Below, piece after piece: positions 10,308 through 20,573 of a stretch of 53,830 bases of DNA. The notes under the pieces were generated by a model, which made no database searches, had not been told where the DNA came from, and was given only the letters and a program-made list of their open reading frames with translations. The DNA lies in IMG/VR virus record IMGVR_UViG_3300048135_000646. The stretch is one strand, 5' to 3'. A program made the translations under genes and the position numbers. Source of the stretch: an uncultured virus (IMG/VR IMGVR_UViG_3300048135_000646) (Duplodnaviria > Heunggongvirae > Uroviricota > Caudoviricetes). Position 1 is the stretch's first letter; every line of letters begins with the position of its first letter.

Positions 10308-10909
10308 TACTTATTGGTGTTATCGAATATTGAAATGAATAGTCGTTCGAAGATCCACGGACCTAATACTTTATTGACACATAATTCATTAGCCCTTTTA
10401 TAAAACTCCACACTTCTCATTCTGATAGTGTCTCTACTAACCGCAAATATTGCACCGGCGGTAAATGGATATAGTTCAAGAGGTGGGTCTTCAAATAGTT
10501 CTACCCAAACACCATTTATATCCATACCTCCGTGATGGGGAGTCCCGTTTGGTCTCGAATGTAAAACTCTTTTAAAGGGACCATCACTAAAAAATAGTAA
10601 CTCATTAGGTTTTTCAAAAACTACTGATTTGGTAGTATTTGGAAACTCTTTTAAAACCTCTTTGTAATTTCTAACGTGATCAAATGGGTGTCCTTGAGTA
10701 AAGAATACCCACTCACCTAAATTATCATAATTTTTTATTATGTGGGTTAGATAGGTGTTACCTTCTCGACCAACGTTAGGTAAATTAATTGAACCTTCGA
10801 TAGGTTCCCCTTTATTATATAAGAAAATTCTATAATCAGAAAACTCTGATAACCAAGATATGTCTTCTCTATATCTACTTACTATTAAATCACCTTTGTA
10901 GTTCATCAT
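10307..10909 (-). CDS. DUF3431-like glycosyltransferase-related protein
   Basis: VSRYRED..W, LPNVGREGNTYLTHIIKNYDNL, FTQGHPFDH, GAIFAVSRDTIR and FERL motifs. Confidence 0.75.
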   Translation of the reverse strand: MMNYKGDLIVSRYREDISWLSEFSDYRIFLYNKGEPIEGSINLPNVGREGNTYLTHIIKNYDNLGEWVFFTQGHPFDHVRNYKEVLKEFPNTTKSVVFEKPNELLFFSDGPFKRVLHSRPNGTPHHGGMDINGVWVELFEDPPLELYPFTAGAIFAVSRDTIRMRSVEFYKRANELCVNKVLGPWIFERLFISIFDNTNK

Positions 10910-11519
10910 AATAGTTATTTTGTTTTTCTTGTTTCTTAATGTCTTTATGATGTATTAATGAAAATGTTTCATCTTCAGGTAAGTTGGTATATGTTTTATA
11001 GTTTACTAACCTTTCATGTACCTTACCATACCATTTTATCCTATCCTCTTTTTTCCATATTCTTGTTTGTGTATCGGGAAAATTAACCCATCCTTTTGAG
11101 TTTACATTCCATCCCCACTTTTTAATGTGATCCTCTGTCAAACCTTCGACAGTGTTTACTCTTGAAATTAAGAATACTTCGTTTTCGGGGTTTGACTCAA
11201 GTATCGTTGGTAGGTAATTAATTAAATTAGTATGAGGCATTTCATCCGCATCTATTTGAAAAATATAATCACCGTTACAGTAATCTGAAAGTTTATTCTT
11301 CCACTCACCAAAATGACCTTCAAAGAAACCTCTCCACATTTGGAAGTTAGGTAACTTATTATGCTTAATTAACCATTCAGCAATCTCCTCGGAACCATTT
11401 TTATGGTCGTATAAAATGACTATCTCATCCTTAGGTCTTTTGATTCTAAGTAGAAATTCAACCAACCGTTTTATTTCCTCGAATTCATTACAGACAGTTA
11501 TGGCATAACTAATTTTCAT
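10890..11519 (-). CDS. Glycosyltransferase family 2
   Basis: ISYAITVCNE...YIFQIDADE...PDTQTRIW...GKVHE. Confidence 0.85.
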   Translation of the reverse strand: MKISYAITVCNEFEEIKRLVEFLLRIKRPKDEIVILYDHKNGSEEIAEWLIKHNKLPNFQMWRGFFEGHFGEWKNKLSDYCNGDYIFQIDADEMPHTNLINYLPTILESNPENEVFLISRVNTVEGLTEDHIKKWGWNVNSKGWVNFPDTQTRIWKKEDRIKWYGKVHERLVNYKTYTNLPEDETFSLIHHKDIKKQEKQNNYYDELQR

Positions 11520-12368
11520 CTATAAGGTTTTTATATAATCTTCCAATCTATCTTTAGGTGACCAACCTAATTTATTTAAGGTATCGTCATTCTCTCTTTT
11601 AGTGGATCTATAATTACCTGGTTGATCAGGTATATTAATTTTTGGGTGATCACCAAACCTTTCAGTAAACATATTGTAAACTTGATTTATTGAGTAATTC
11701 ATACCTGTTCCTAACTCCCACGCATCTTCATGTTTTTCATTCCCTGTACCCACTTTATAAAGTGCGTCAACGATGTCAATGACATGGGTGAAATCTCTTC
11801 TTTGTTCCCCATCACCAACTATCGTAATAGGTTCCCCTTTTGATACTTGGTGTCTCCATATACCTATCACTGCAGCCCATGTACCATCTACCAATTCATT
11901 AGGACCATACACGTTATAAAATCTACAGATCTCGAAGTCACAACCATAAGCGGTTCTGTACATTTTGAATATATCTTCACCTGTTCTCTTATAAGTTGCG
12001 TACGGAGATGTTTGAGGGTTGCACCATCTTGAGGAGGAACCCGCATAAACCACTTTAATATTGTTTTCCTTAGCCCAATCAGCAACATACTGACAACCAC
12101 CAGCATTAACTCTAAATGTTTCAGTAGGGTCATCAAACGAGGGTTGTATTCTTGACAACGCAGCTAAATGATAACATATATCAAAATTACCACCTATCGA
12201 ATTGATTTGTTCGATGTCATTGTAATGGTAATCACACCCATCTATTTCGTATTCTTTTAAACCCGTAGATAGGTCATCAATTGAGGATACTTCGTGACCC
12301 TCATCTATTAATCTACTAATTAAATTGGAACCAATAAACCCGTTCCCCCCTGTTACTAAAATTTTCAT
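11520..12368 (-). CDS. NAD-dependent nucleotide-sugar epimerase/dehydratase
   Basis: GGNGFIGS Rossmann motif, YATYK, RFYNVYGP and GDGEQRRDFTHV. Confidence 0.92.
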   Translation of the reverse strand: MKILVTGGNGFIGSNLISRLIDEGHEVSSIDDLSTGLKEYEIDGCDYHYNDIEQINSIGGNFDICYHLAALSRIQPSFDDPTETFRVNAGGCQYVADWAKENNIKVVYAGSSSRWCNPQTSPYATYKRTGEDIFKMYRTAYGCDFEICRFYNVYGPNELVDGTWAAVIGIWRHQVSKGEPITIVGDGEQRRDFTHVIDIVDALYKVGTGNEKHEDAWELGTGMNYSINQVYNMFTERFGDHPKINIPDQPGNYRSTKRENDDTLNKLGWSPKDRLEDYIKTL

Positions 12369-12372
12369 ACTA

Positions 12373-13635
12373 TTAATCTATTTTTTTTAATTCAGGTAAA
12401 ACCAATTTAGTTTTCTTTGGTTTAACCTCGTTTATTATTACTGTTTTCAAAATTTCTTCAAATTTAGTTGTTGTAGACTCTAATGAGAAGTTTTCATTAT
12501 TCTCATCTCTGAGTATCTTAGATTTATCTAAAAATTCATCGTACTTCTCTTCCACTATTTTAAAGACCTCAACAACCTCATTGTAATTACATGTAAACCA
12601 TTTTGATTCTTTAAGTATAAAATCATCGGCTGCACTCTCATGTACTTTAGTTAATCTACCTCCTAACATTATTGCCTTATCCATCGGTAAGAAATCCTTA
12701 TGTCCTGACCAGTTAGATGCAATAATTGGTTTACCCGTCATGGAAAATTCTAATAGGGGTCTACCAAAACCCTCACCCTTTGTTAGTGTTACCATAGATT
12801 TAACTTTGGGGTGATTATACAAATCGTTCATCTCATCATCAGTTAGTTGACCAAATAATAGATATATGTTAGGTGGGTTACTGTAGGTTGATGTAATTCT
12901 TTGTATTTTTTTTCTCATAACTTCCCTTTGTTTAATAGAGAAGTTAGCACTAGACGTCTTTAAAATCAATCCTGGTGAGTCTTCCACATCATTGAATGAT
13001 TCACAAAAACATTTAATTAACATACCCACATCTTTTCTATCTTGACCGAGATCGCCCTTCAACCAATGACCAACAAACAAATAATTAAAATCGTTTTCTA
13101 ATTCTAATTTTAAGTCGGATTCTTTTTCATAGTATATTGAAGTGTCCACACCTTCATGAAGAACGTCTAAATCTACGTTTACTTTATGTTGAGATATTAA
13201 TTTACCTGTGACCTTATCTGTTTCATTATAAACTGTTTGTAATAACACATCTCTCGAAAACGTCGATGTGGTTATAACTTTATCCATCCTATTTATCCCA
13301 TCTATCCACTCCTTAGGTGCTGCGGTGGTCTCTATCCCTGCGGTTATACCAATATTGTACTTACCTTTTCTTTGAAATTCATTAGGTACGGTGACTTGAA
13401 CATATATGTCAGGATGAAAATCTAAACTATCTATTATGTTCTCTTCGATCCAAGAATGAAATAGATTAACTTCAGGTTCTAATGCGGTCATAGGAGTCTT
13501 TCCCCAATTACAACTATCAATGTAGATATCGAATTTATCCATATCATATAAGGACTTCAATAAATCTCTTGAATGTGAACCGTAACCACTTAAAGTTTTG
13601 ACTGGTCCCCTAAATAATAGTTTCTGTTTAATCAT
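12373..13635 (-). CDS. Glycosyltransferase family 4 (GT-B)
   Basis: SGYGSHSR N-terminus and GEGFGRPLLEFSMTGKPIIASNWSG. Confidence 0.85.
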   Translation of the reverse strand: MIKQKLLFRGPVKTLSGYGSHSRDLLKSLYDMDKFDIYIDSCNWGKTPMTALEPEVNLFHSWIEENIIDSLDFHPDIYVQVTVPNEFQRKGKYNIGITAGIETTAAPKEWIDGINRMDKVITTSTFSRDVLLQTVYNETDKVTGKLISQHKVNVDLDVLHEGVDTSIYYEKESDLKLELENDFNYLFVGHWLKGDLGQDRKDVGMLIKCFCESFNDVEDSPGLILKTSSANFSIKQREVMRKKIQRITSTYSNPPNIYLLFGQLTDDEMNDLYNHPKVKSMVTLTKGEGFGRPLLEFSMTGKPIIASNWSGHKDFLPMDKAIMLGGRLTKVHESAADDFILKESKWFTCNYNEVVEVFKIVEEKYDEFLDKSKILRDENNENFSLESTTTKFEEILKTVIINEVKPKKTKLVLPELKKID

Positions 13636-13641
13636 GTTGAT

Positions 13642-13878
13642 TTAATCTTCGGTTTGTTTATTTATAAACTCTTGAGGAAAATATTTCTCTAAGGTTGATA
13701 ATCTATCATCAGCATCAACCAACATCGATAACGCCTCCTCTGCGTTTTTATAGAAGTCACCTGTTGAGTGATCCCCAATACCTGATCCTTTGTTACCTAA
13801 AAGATCTAAAGTTAATAACGCTTTTGATTTTTCTGCCAAGGCGTTAGTTCTTAGCATATCGATTAATTTAGTGTTCAT
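13642..13878 (-). CDS. Hypothetical protein (GIGDH motif)
   Basis: 78-aa ORF packed in the operon. Confidence 0.6.
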   Translation of the reverse strand: MNTKLIDMLRTNALAEKSKALLTLDLLGNKGSGIGDHSTGDFYKNAEEALSMLVDADDRLSTLEKYFPQEFINKQTED

Positions 13879-13880
13879 AG

Positions 13881-15257
13881 TTATGTTATTTTAAATAATT
13901 CAAAATTTTTCTTAGGTGTGAATTTAGTTAAGGCGTTCTCCATACCTTTAATTAATGATTCACACATAGTTTTAGTTGAAAAGTTCTTTATCATGTATTT
14001 TCTACCCACAAGACCTCTTCTTTTTCTTTCCTCTCTACCTAAATCGTACATCTTCTTTATTGATGAAACAACATCATAATGATTTATCCTATCATCAAAT
14101 ATGTAAGGCGTATTAATTGACCCGTTAAGAGTTGTAGATGCGGGCCACACAGGACTAACCCACTCACCGTGAGTAACTTTATCTTCCCATTTTTTAGGAT
14201 CATGAAGTGTACCTATATCGATGTAATCACCTGCGGTTAGTGGTTTACCATCTAATTTAAAACCACATTGATCTTGTAATCCACCAGTGACGTTTACTAT
14301 TATTGGGGTACCCGACATTACAGACTCTGCGGTGGTTAGACCAAAACCTTCATTGTTAGCAATGTTTATTGTACAATCTACTGTGTTGTATATTCTATTT
14401 AATTTATCCTGATCGAATTTATCATTGGTGAATTTAACATCATACTTAGGACATAATTCATTGACGACAGCAACCAAGTCAGTACCGTTTTTATCTATTG
14501 ACCTTGTATGCATCAGGAGTAAACACTTACTCGCATCCTCTTCTGAAAGAGTATCACAAAATGTTTTGTATGAATAAATTACATCAGATGGTTGTTTACG
14601 TTTGATGTTTCTGTTATTAAAGAATAATATGAAATCATAGTCTTTGTCACCATGAATAAATTTTTTCATCTCATCATCAACCTCTACGGGTTTGAATGTG
14701 TCTGGATTTATACCGTGAGGCACGTAACTTACCTGCCACTTTTTCAATGGGTTGTGAGTACTTTCCCTTTTAGACATACCAACTCTATTAACAATTCCAT
14801 AGGTTTGTTTGGAGATACACCCCAACCAATCACAAGATTCATAGTAATCTCTATTGTAATAAGGATCTGGTAAATCGTCCCATATATGATAAAAGAAAAT
14901 TGGTACTTGTTGTCTTATTTCATGTTCGTTATCGTACAACCATTGCCAGTAATGTGGATCAGTAAAATGTAATATTGCGTCAGGTTTCTCTATAGAGATT
15001 AATTCTCTTAACCTTTCGATATTACCATAACCATTAGATGGGTATATTTTTACATTTGCATCTTTGACACCAGTTTTATTTCTAACATCATTATTAAGAT
15101 CTACAATCTTACCGAATTCAGGGTGTTTTATTGCCGCACCTAATTGAACCCAATCAAATTTATCGACTGTACCGATAACCATCTCTTTTGACATGGTTGC
15201 CACACCTGAAGTCATTCTCATGTCGTCAGATAAAAGTAAAATCTTTTTCTTACTCAT
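13881..15257 (-). CDS. Glycosyltransferase family 4 (GT-B)
   Basis: VPHGI, NRNIKRK and NEGFGLTTAESVMSGTPIIVNVTGGLQDQ. Confidence 0.87.
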   Translation of the reverse strand: MSKKKILLLSDDMRMTSGVATMSKEMVIGTVDKFDWVQLGAAIKHPEFGKIVDLNNDVRNKTGVKDANVKIYPSNGYGNIERLRELISIEKPDAILHFTDPHYWQWLYDNEHEIRQQVPIFFYHIWDDLPDPYYNRDYYESCDWLGCISKQTYGIVNRVGMSKRESTHNPLKKWQVSYVPHGINPDTFKPVEVDDEMKKFIHGDKDYDFILFFNNRNIKRKQPSDVIYSYKTFCDTLSEEDASKCLLLMHTRSIDKNGTDLVAVVNELCPKYDVKFTNDKFDQDKLNRIYNTVDCTINIANNEGFGLTTAESVMSGTPIIVNVTGGLQDQCGFKLDGKPLTAGDYIDIGTLHDPKKWEDKVTHGEWVSPVWPASTTLNGSINTPYIFDDRINHYDVVSSIKKMYDLGREERKRRGLVGRKYMIKNFSTKTMCESLIKGMENALTKFTPKKNFELFKIT

Positions 15258-15260
15258 AAA

Positions 15261-15464
15261 TTAAAATCTTGAACCACTAACGGCTAAAACATTATGACTA
15301 TCAATTAGACCTCTAAATTCTTCATTGGTGTTATATAAATCTAAAGAACGATTCACCAATTTTTGAAAGTTAAGTCCATCAGTCTCTATCGTCTTGATTC
15401 TGAATTGTTTGTAAGTGTTTTCTATAACGTTAACAGTAGTTAACTTTGTCTTTGCTTTACTCAT
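15261..15464 (-). CDS. Small protein, possible ribbon-helix-helix DNA-binding protein
   Basis: LTTVNV...YKQFR...FQKLVNRSLDLY strand-helix-helix pattern; first gene of the GT cluster. Confidence 0.5.
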   Translation of the reverse strand: MSKAKTKLTTVNVIENTYKQFRIKTIETDGLNFQKLVNRSLDLYNTNEEFRGLIDSHNVLAVSGSRF

Positions 15465-15562
15465 ACTTGTATATATTTCTATATATATAGTTTATATCAA
15501 AAAAATACCACTGCAGAATAATACTGTGGTATTAATTAGATTCATAAATCCACGTACGTGGA

Positions 15563-15685
15563 CTACGAATTTTTCTTCGCCTCTTCTACCTTTACTATTA
15601 CAGGACTGTTCGGTTCCTGTTGAATAATTTTAGTTGTCTGACTGGTTGTCTGTTGTGTTTTCTTTTTTTTACATCCACATCCCAT
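15563..15685 (-). CDS. 40-aa MGCGCKKKK peptide (not in the ORF track)
   Basis: Translates MGCGCKKKKTQQTTSQTTKIIQQEPNSPVIVKVEEAKKNS*; TATTTATA element upstream on the minus strand (15748-15755). Confidence 0.55.
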   Translation of the reverse strand: MGCGCKKKKTQQTTSQTTKIIQQEPNSPVIVKVEEAKKNS

Positions 15686-15872
15686 AATATAAAGTGTTTT
15701 ATAATAATTATTTGGTTTATTAAAAAGTATCACTACTTCTTGTATAGTATAAATATTTTAAAATGATTTATCAATAGTTAACTCAAATAAAAAATCCCAC
15801 TTATTTTCTTTAGGGGGGTTTCTTTTCTAATTTATTTTATGTATATTTTATTATAATCAAACTCAGAATAGA

Positions 15873-16565
15873 ATGGAAGAAGTACAAAAAGATTTTAAAA
15901 TGGTGAAGAGTGTTTACAACTCTAACTTTGAAACCATAACCAACATAATGCATCTCTACGGTATTGAGAAGTTTGATTTAGATTGTACTTACTCTAAAGG
16001 TAATTTTTGGAAGGGGTTACCAGACCCCACACATAAGACGGATTTAATTCCACATTATGAACATGTCATTCAGTCGGATTCTGAGAATCTTCCATTTGAA
16101 AATGAATCAATGAGTGCGATTATGTACGATCCCCCATTTATTATTGTTGGTAGTGGTAAGGGTTATAAAAAGAATGGACCAAATAGTTCTATTATAGCAA
16201 AAAGATTCGAAGGTTATGGAACATATAATGACCTAAAAGAAAATTATTACAATACACTTAAAGAGTTGTATAGACTCACTAAGAAAGGTGGTTTTGTGGT
16301 TATGAAATGTCAAGATACGGTTTCTGGTGGTAAACAACATTTCAGTCACGTCATGGTAATGAATATGGCATATTCTTTAGGGTTTTACCCAAGAGATATG
16401 TTCGTATTGACATCCAACGTTAGAGTAAACGCATTTAACGGAACTAAGTGGAAGAAACAGCACCATGCCAGAAAATATCACTCTTATTTTTGGGTTTTTG
16501 AAAAACGTAAACCTAGAGTACCTTACGAGTTTAGTAATTTAGATTCACACGATCACCAACTTTAA
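15873..16565 (+). CDS. Amino (N6-A/N4-C) DNA methyltransferase-like protein
   Basis: LDCTYSKG SAM-binding motif, DPPF motif IV, and ELYRLTKKGG. Confidence 0.75.
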   Translation: MEEVQKDFKMVKSVYNSNFETITNIMHLYGIEKFDLDCTYSKGNFWKGLPDPTHKTDLIPHYEHVIQSDSENLPFENESMSAIMYDPPFIIVGSGKGYKKNGPNSSIIAKRFEGYGTYNDLKENYYNTLKELYRLTKKGGFVVMKCQDTVSGGKQHFSHVMVMNMAYSLGFYPRDMFVLTSNVRVNAFNGTKWKKQHHARKYHSYFWVFEKRKPRVPYEFSNLDSHDHQL

Positions 16566-16866
16566 GATTATTACAAGTACCTGAAGGGAATTCTACTACA
16601 TGATCCCCTATACCTGTATATCTCTTATCACATTCTAAATCACATGGTTGGCAATCTAAGTGTATGTTCGTTATTACATTTTTATTGACAAATATAATGT
16701 CCAAAGGAATTAGACATTTGTGCATCCAGAAACTGTGGTAACCCTTACCCATATCAAAAACCATACAACCCTTTAGTTCTTTACGACCCATCATACCCTG
16801 TTTTATTTGGTCGGGGGTTGTCATGTATTCTGCGTCAAATACTCGACCATCAATTATTACTGCCAT
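16531..16866 (-). CDS. DUF192 family protein
   Basis: GMMGR...MVF...FWMHKCLIPLDIIF...VVEFPSG. Confidence 0.85.
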   Translation of the reverse strand: MAVIIDGRVFDAEYMTTPDQIKQGMMGRKELKGCMVFDMGKGYHSFWMHKCLIPLDIIFVNKNVITNIHLDCQPCDLECDKRYTGIGDHVVEFPSGTCNNLKVGDRVNLNY

Positions 16867-16913
16867 ATCTATAATTAGTTGATATTTAAATTTAAATTAC
16901 GTATATTTTAAAC

Positions 16914-17264
16914 ATGACAAAGTACAACGACTTAATTCTCGGAATAGTATATTTTTTAATAGGACATATTATGGTGTTCTACCAATTAAACGGTCAGTTC
17001 ATTTGGAAGAGTTTCAAAGAGAATGAGGTGGTTGTTGCTGCAACAGGTATAATTATATCTTTTTTCTTTATATGGGGTACTAAGTACACTGTGGATGCGA
17101 TGGACGGATTACTATGGCCTGCTAGATTTATTGGTTTCAGTATTGGTATGTTACAATATGCAATATTTGTAAACATCTATTTTAAAGAAGGTATAGATTT
17201 AAAAACGATCATTAGTTTAGGACTATGTTTCGTTCTAATTTCAATTCAAGTGTTGTGGAAATGA
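16914..17264 (+). CDS. Small 4-TM membrane protein
   Basis: Four hydrophobic segments in 116 aa. Confidence 0.65.
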   Translation: MTKYNDLILGIVYFLIGHIMVFYQLNGQFIWKSFKENEVVVAATGIIISFFFIWGTKYTVDAMDGLLWPARFIGFSIGMLQYAIFVNIYFKEGIDLKTIISLGLCFVLISIQVLWK

Positions 17265-17836
17265 AAAAACATTTAATAGTAATAGGACATCCCGATAAAA
17301 AATCATTTTGTTACAATGGTATTTTCAAAACTATCGTAAGAGAGTTAACCAGATATAAAGAAGAGTTTGAGATTATTGATTTATATGATGATAAATTACA
17401 TCGTGATAGAACCGAGTTAATCAAGGGATATAAAAAATTAGTTAAGTGGTCAACTCACATCTATTTTGTTTCACCTGTTTGGTGGTTTAGACTTACCCCT
17501 AAAACTGAGACATTCTTCGATGAGGTACTCACACCAGGTTTTGCATATAAGTTCATACCATTGTTTGGTAAGTACGCTTACCCAAAACCATTTCTTAGTG
17601 ATAAGAAAGTTAGGACCTATATAACACATGGTGCACCTATGTTACCTGTTGTTACTTTATATCTTAATTCAGTTAAGTTAAGATTAGTAATGGGGGTTTA
17701 CACGTTTGTCTTTGGATGGAAATTGAGTAGGTGGAGAAAAACAAAACAATTTTGGTCTGTACCATTTGTAGATGCAAAGAAACGAGCAAAATATTTACGA
17801 GTGGTAAAAAACGATATTAGGAAAGATTTAAAGTGA
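17261..17836 (+). CDS. NAD(P)H dehydrogenase (quinone), flavodoxin-like fold
   Basis: LIVIGHPDKKSF, SPVWWF and FFDEVLTPGFAY. Start reassigned to the ATG at 17261, which overlaps the previous stop. Confidence 0.85.
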   Translation: MKKHLIVIGHPDKKSFCYNGIFKTIVRELTRYKEEFEIIDLYDDKLHRDRTELIKGYKKLVKWSTHIYFVSPVWWFRLTPKTETFFDEVLTPGFAYKFIPLFGKYAYPKPFLSDKKVRTYITHGAPMLPVVTLYLNSVKLRLVMGVYTFVFGWKLSRWRKTKQFWSVPFVDAKKRAKYLRVVKNDIRKDLK

Positions 17837-18063
17837 AGATAGAAGACTTAGATAGGATTATAGAAATGGCATGGGAAGATAGGACCCCCTTTGAAGCTAT
17901 AGAATTCCAATTCGGTATTAAAGAGAATGAGGTTCGTAAGATAATGAGAACTCATATGAAAGAGTCATCATTTAAGATGTGGAGAGAACGTGTAAAAGGT
18001 AGAAAAACTAAACATAGTAAAACATCAGAATCAAATAGATTTAAATCTAAAAATCAGAAATAG
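17833..18063 (+). CDS. TIGR03643/DUF2805 family protein
   Basis: DRIIEMAWEDRTPFEAI...SFKMWRERVKGRKTKH. Confidence 0.85.
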   Translation: MKIEDLDRIIEMAWEDRTPFEAIEFQFGIKENEVRKIMRTHMKESSFKMWRERVKGRKTKHSKTSESNRFKSKNQK

Positions 18064-18080
18064 TTGAACGATAACCTTTA

Positions 18081-18611
18081 ATGGTAGATGTAGATAAAAT
18101 AGTACAATACAGAATGGTCGATGGGGACCTAACGTCACGTAAGACTCCGTCATATTATTCTCTTCGATATGTTGATATAAATAATTACAAAACGTTTATT
18201 GATGACATCACTAAAATATCTAACTTAATTATAAAACAAATACCTGATTGGGATGATGCCCCTACGGTAGAAACAGTCATTAAAAGGTTTGAATCAAAAT
18301 CGTATACTTATTTATTTTATTATAAAGATAAGTGTATTGGGTGGAATTGGGGTAACCCTAATTTTACATATAATTGGATTGATGTTGATCAAGAATTAGA
18401 AGATGATGAAACTTACTTAGGTGGGTGTTTTGTCAATTTGGATAAGAAAGACAGACCTAATAACGCGGGTTATATAATGTGTTATATGTTTTTCGAGGAG
18501 GAGAGTAGAAGAGGTTTTAAATCTATGTACGGTGTTACCGACGATTGGAACAGAAGGGCGTCGTTATTGTATTATCGATTAGGTTGGAAAACGTACAATT
18601 TTATAAAATAA
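18081..18611 (+). CDS. GNAT-like acetyltransferase
   Basis: C-terminal WNRRASLLYYRLGW resembles the GNAT N..A..LY.KLGF motif. Confidence 0.55.
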   Translation: MVDVDKIVQYRMVDGDLTSRKTPSYYSLRYVDINNYKTFIDDITKISNLIIKQIPDWDDAPTVETVIKRFESKSYTYLFYYKDKCIGWNWGNPNFTYNWIDVDQELEDDETYLGGCFVNLDKKDRPNNAGYIMCYMFFEEESRRGFKSMYGVTDDWNRRASLLYYRLGWKTYNFIK

Positions 18612-18617
18612 TTAATT

Positions 18618-19640
18618 ATGAATAAGTTAGATGCACAGTACCAAGGATTATTGGATGATATATTAAATTTCGGAGTAAAGAAGAATGATCGTACAGGGAC
18701 AGGTACGTTATCTGTGTTTGGTAGACAGATAAGACATAACATGAACGATGGTTTCCCTCTACTAACAACTAAAAAAATGGCGGTCAAATCCGTAATGACC
18801 GAATTAAAATGGTTTTTAAAAGGAGATACCAATATCAAATACTTAGTGGACAATGGTTGTAAAATTTGGAATGGTGATGCATATAAAAATTACTTAAACA
18901 TTTACAACTATAATTTTAAAGATGACGATACCATCGAACCCCTCACTATGGATGAGTTCATGGAGGATTTCAATGAAGATCAAGAATTTAGAGATCAATG
19001 GGGTGAGTTAGGTCCTATCTACGGAAAACAATGGAGAAATTGGTTCGGATATGATAGTAATGTTAACCCATATTATGTAGACCAAATCTCAAATTTAATT
19101 AATGAACTTAAAGATAATCCTGATAGTAGAAGATTAATGGTGTCGGCATGGAATGTTGGAGAGTTAAGTCAAATGGTTTTACCTCCTTGTCATTATGGTT
19201 TCCAAGTGTATACTAGAGAATTAAATTTAGATGAAAGAATTGACTACCACAATAGAGGTTCTATAAACAAATCTTCAGATTATTTTAGTGAACATATGGA
19301 TGCGATGGGAGTACCAAATAGATCCATATCCTTATCTTGGAATCAGAGATCCGTTGATACATTTTTAGGTTTACCATTTAACATAGCGTCTTATGGAATG
19401 TTACTACATCTAATTGCTGAAGAAGTAAATATGGTACCTGAAGATCTTATAGGTAATTTAGGTGACACCCATTTATATTTGAATCATGTGGAACAAGCGG
19501 AAGAACAATTAAGTAGAGAACCTAAACCTCATTTACCAAAATTAAAGTTAATTAGTTCGGATATTTTAAATGGTGATTTTGATTATGAAATATTACATTA
19601 CCACTCACATCCATCAATAAAGGCACCACTTAGTAACTAA
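18618..19640 (+). CDS. thyA: Thymidylate synthase
   Basis: DRTGTGT, FPLLTTKK, SRR, LPPCH, QRSVDTFLGLPFNIASY and HLYLNH. Confidence 0.97.
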   Translation: MNKLDAQYQGLLDDILNFGVKKNDRTGTGTLSVFGRQIRHNMNDGFPLLTTKKMAVKSVMTELKWFLKGDTNIKYLVDNGCKIWNGDAYKNYLNIYNYNFKDDDTIEPLTMDEFMEDFNEDQEFRDQWGELGPIYGKQWRNWFGYDSNVNPYYVDQISNLINELKDNPDSRRLMVSAWNVGELSQMVLPPCHYGFQVYTRELNLDERIDYHNRGSINKSSDYFSEHMDAMGVPNRSISLSWNQRSVDTFLGLPFNIASYGMLLHLIAEEVNMVPEDLIGNLGDTHLYLNHVEQAEEQLSREPKPHLPKLKLISSDILNGDFDYEILHYHSHPSIKAPLSN

Positions 19641-20033
19641 ATGCAATTAATAACAACACACCCAATAAAGAAATCAGATTTAGGTTTTCACGCTAACTTG
19701 TTTGGTGGTAAACTACTAGCATGGTTAGACGCCGCTGGTGCGGCATATGCAATGGAGATATGTGACACACCAAGAATGGTTACTGTCATGATTGATAAAT
19801 GTATATTCAAAAAACCAGCTAAGGAAGGACAACTAATTAAGATTTATGGAAATGTAGTTCATGTTGGTAACACATCAATTACATTTTATTTGGAGGCGAG
19901 AGCCCATAATGTTTATTCAGGTAATCAAACCGTTATATTACAAACTAACATAAGATTTGTAAGGATAGACGAAAATGGGGACTCCGTTCCATTATCTGAC
20001 AAAATCAAAAACAAGTATGGGACAAAAGAATAA
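19641..20033 (+). CDS. Acyl-CoA thioesterase (hotdog fold, YciA-like)
   Basis: NLFGGKLLAWLDAAG...VTV...FKKP...VGNTS. Confidence 0.85.
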   Translation: MQLITTHPIKKSDLGFHANLFGGKLLAWLDAAGAAYAMEICDTPRMVTVMIDKCIFKKPAKEGQLIKIYGNVVHVGNTSITFYLEARAHNVYSGNQTVILQTNIRFVRIDENGDSVPLSDKIKNKYGTKE

Positions 20034-20280
20034 GTCCTACAATAATAAAAGAAGTAATGTTATTGATTTACATGGACTAAACAGGACGGAAGCATTTATT
20101 CTTGTCGAAGATGAGTTATTAATTAGATCTAATGGTGGGACATTCAGTCTAACAATAATCACTGGTAATAGCAAACCCATGAGAGATGGGGTTATCCGTA
20201 TATGTGAAACACACGGTTTTAGTTACGTGGTACCATCACACAATATGGGTGAAATAATAGTTAACTATTTTTCGTTTTAA
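20017..20280 (+). CDS. Smr/MutS2 domain protein
   Basis: IDLHGL...IITGNS...NMGEI; probable start at the ATG at 20017. Confidence 0.8.
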   Translation: MGQKNKSYNNKRSNVIDLHGLNRTEAFILVEDELLIRSNGGTFSLTIITGNSKPMRDGVIRICETHGFSYVVPSHNMGEIIVNYFSF

Positions 20281-20284
20281 AACC

Positions 20285-20488
20285 TTACAGAACTCCTCTT
20301 TTTATAAGTTCTTTCTTAATTATATTCTTTTTTTTGTTATATGAGGGAGATTCGTACAGTTTTTTCAATTCTTCAGTGGAAGTATTAGCAGTAGTATGGT
20401 GCTTGTAGTACCATTTACTGTTCATTATTTTACCTTTAGAATCTCTCATGTATTCTTTAGAAGAAGGTTTAATTTTATTTGATGCCAT
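20285..20488 (-). CDS. Small basic hypothetical protein
   Basis: MASNKIKP... start at 20488, with two TATTTATA elements upstream. Confidence 0.6.
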   Translation of the reverse strand: MASNKIKPSSKEYMRDSKGKIMNSKWYYKHHTTANTSTEELKKLYESPSYNKKKNIIKKELIKRGVL

Positions 20489-20573
20489 AATTTTATAAAT
20501 ATTATTATAAATACCTATATAAATTACTAAAATAACACTACACAATTATTTTTTTTTCACCTAAATTATTGGT

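Noticed and set aside
18618..19640. Intron or intein in thyA
   Set aside because: The ORF is continuous; the extra segments are short in-frame insertions without splicing motifs.
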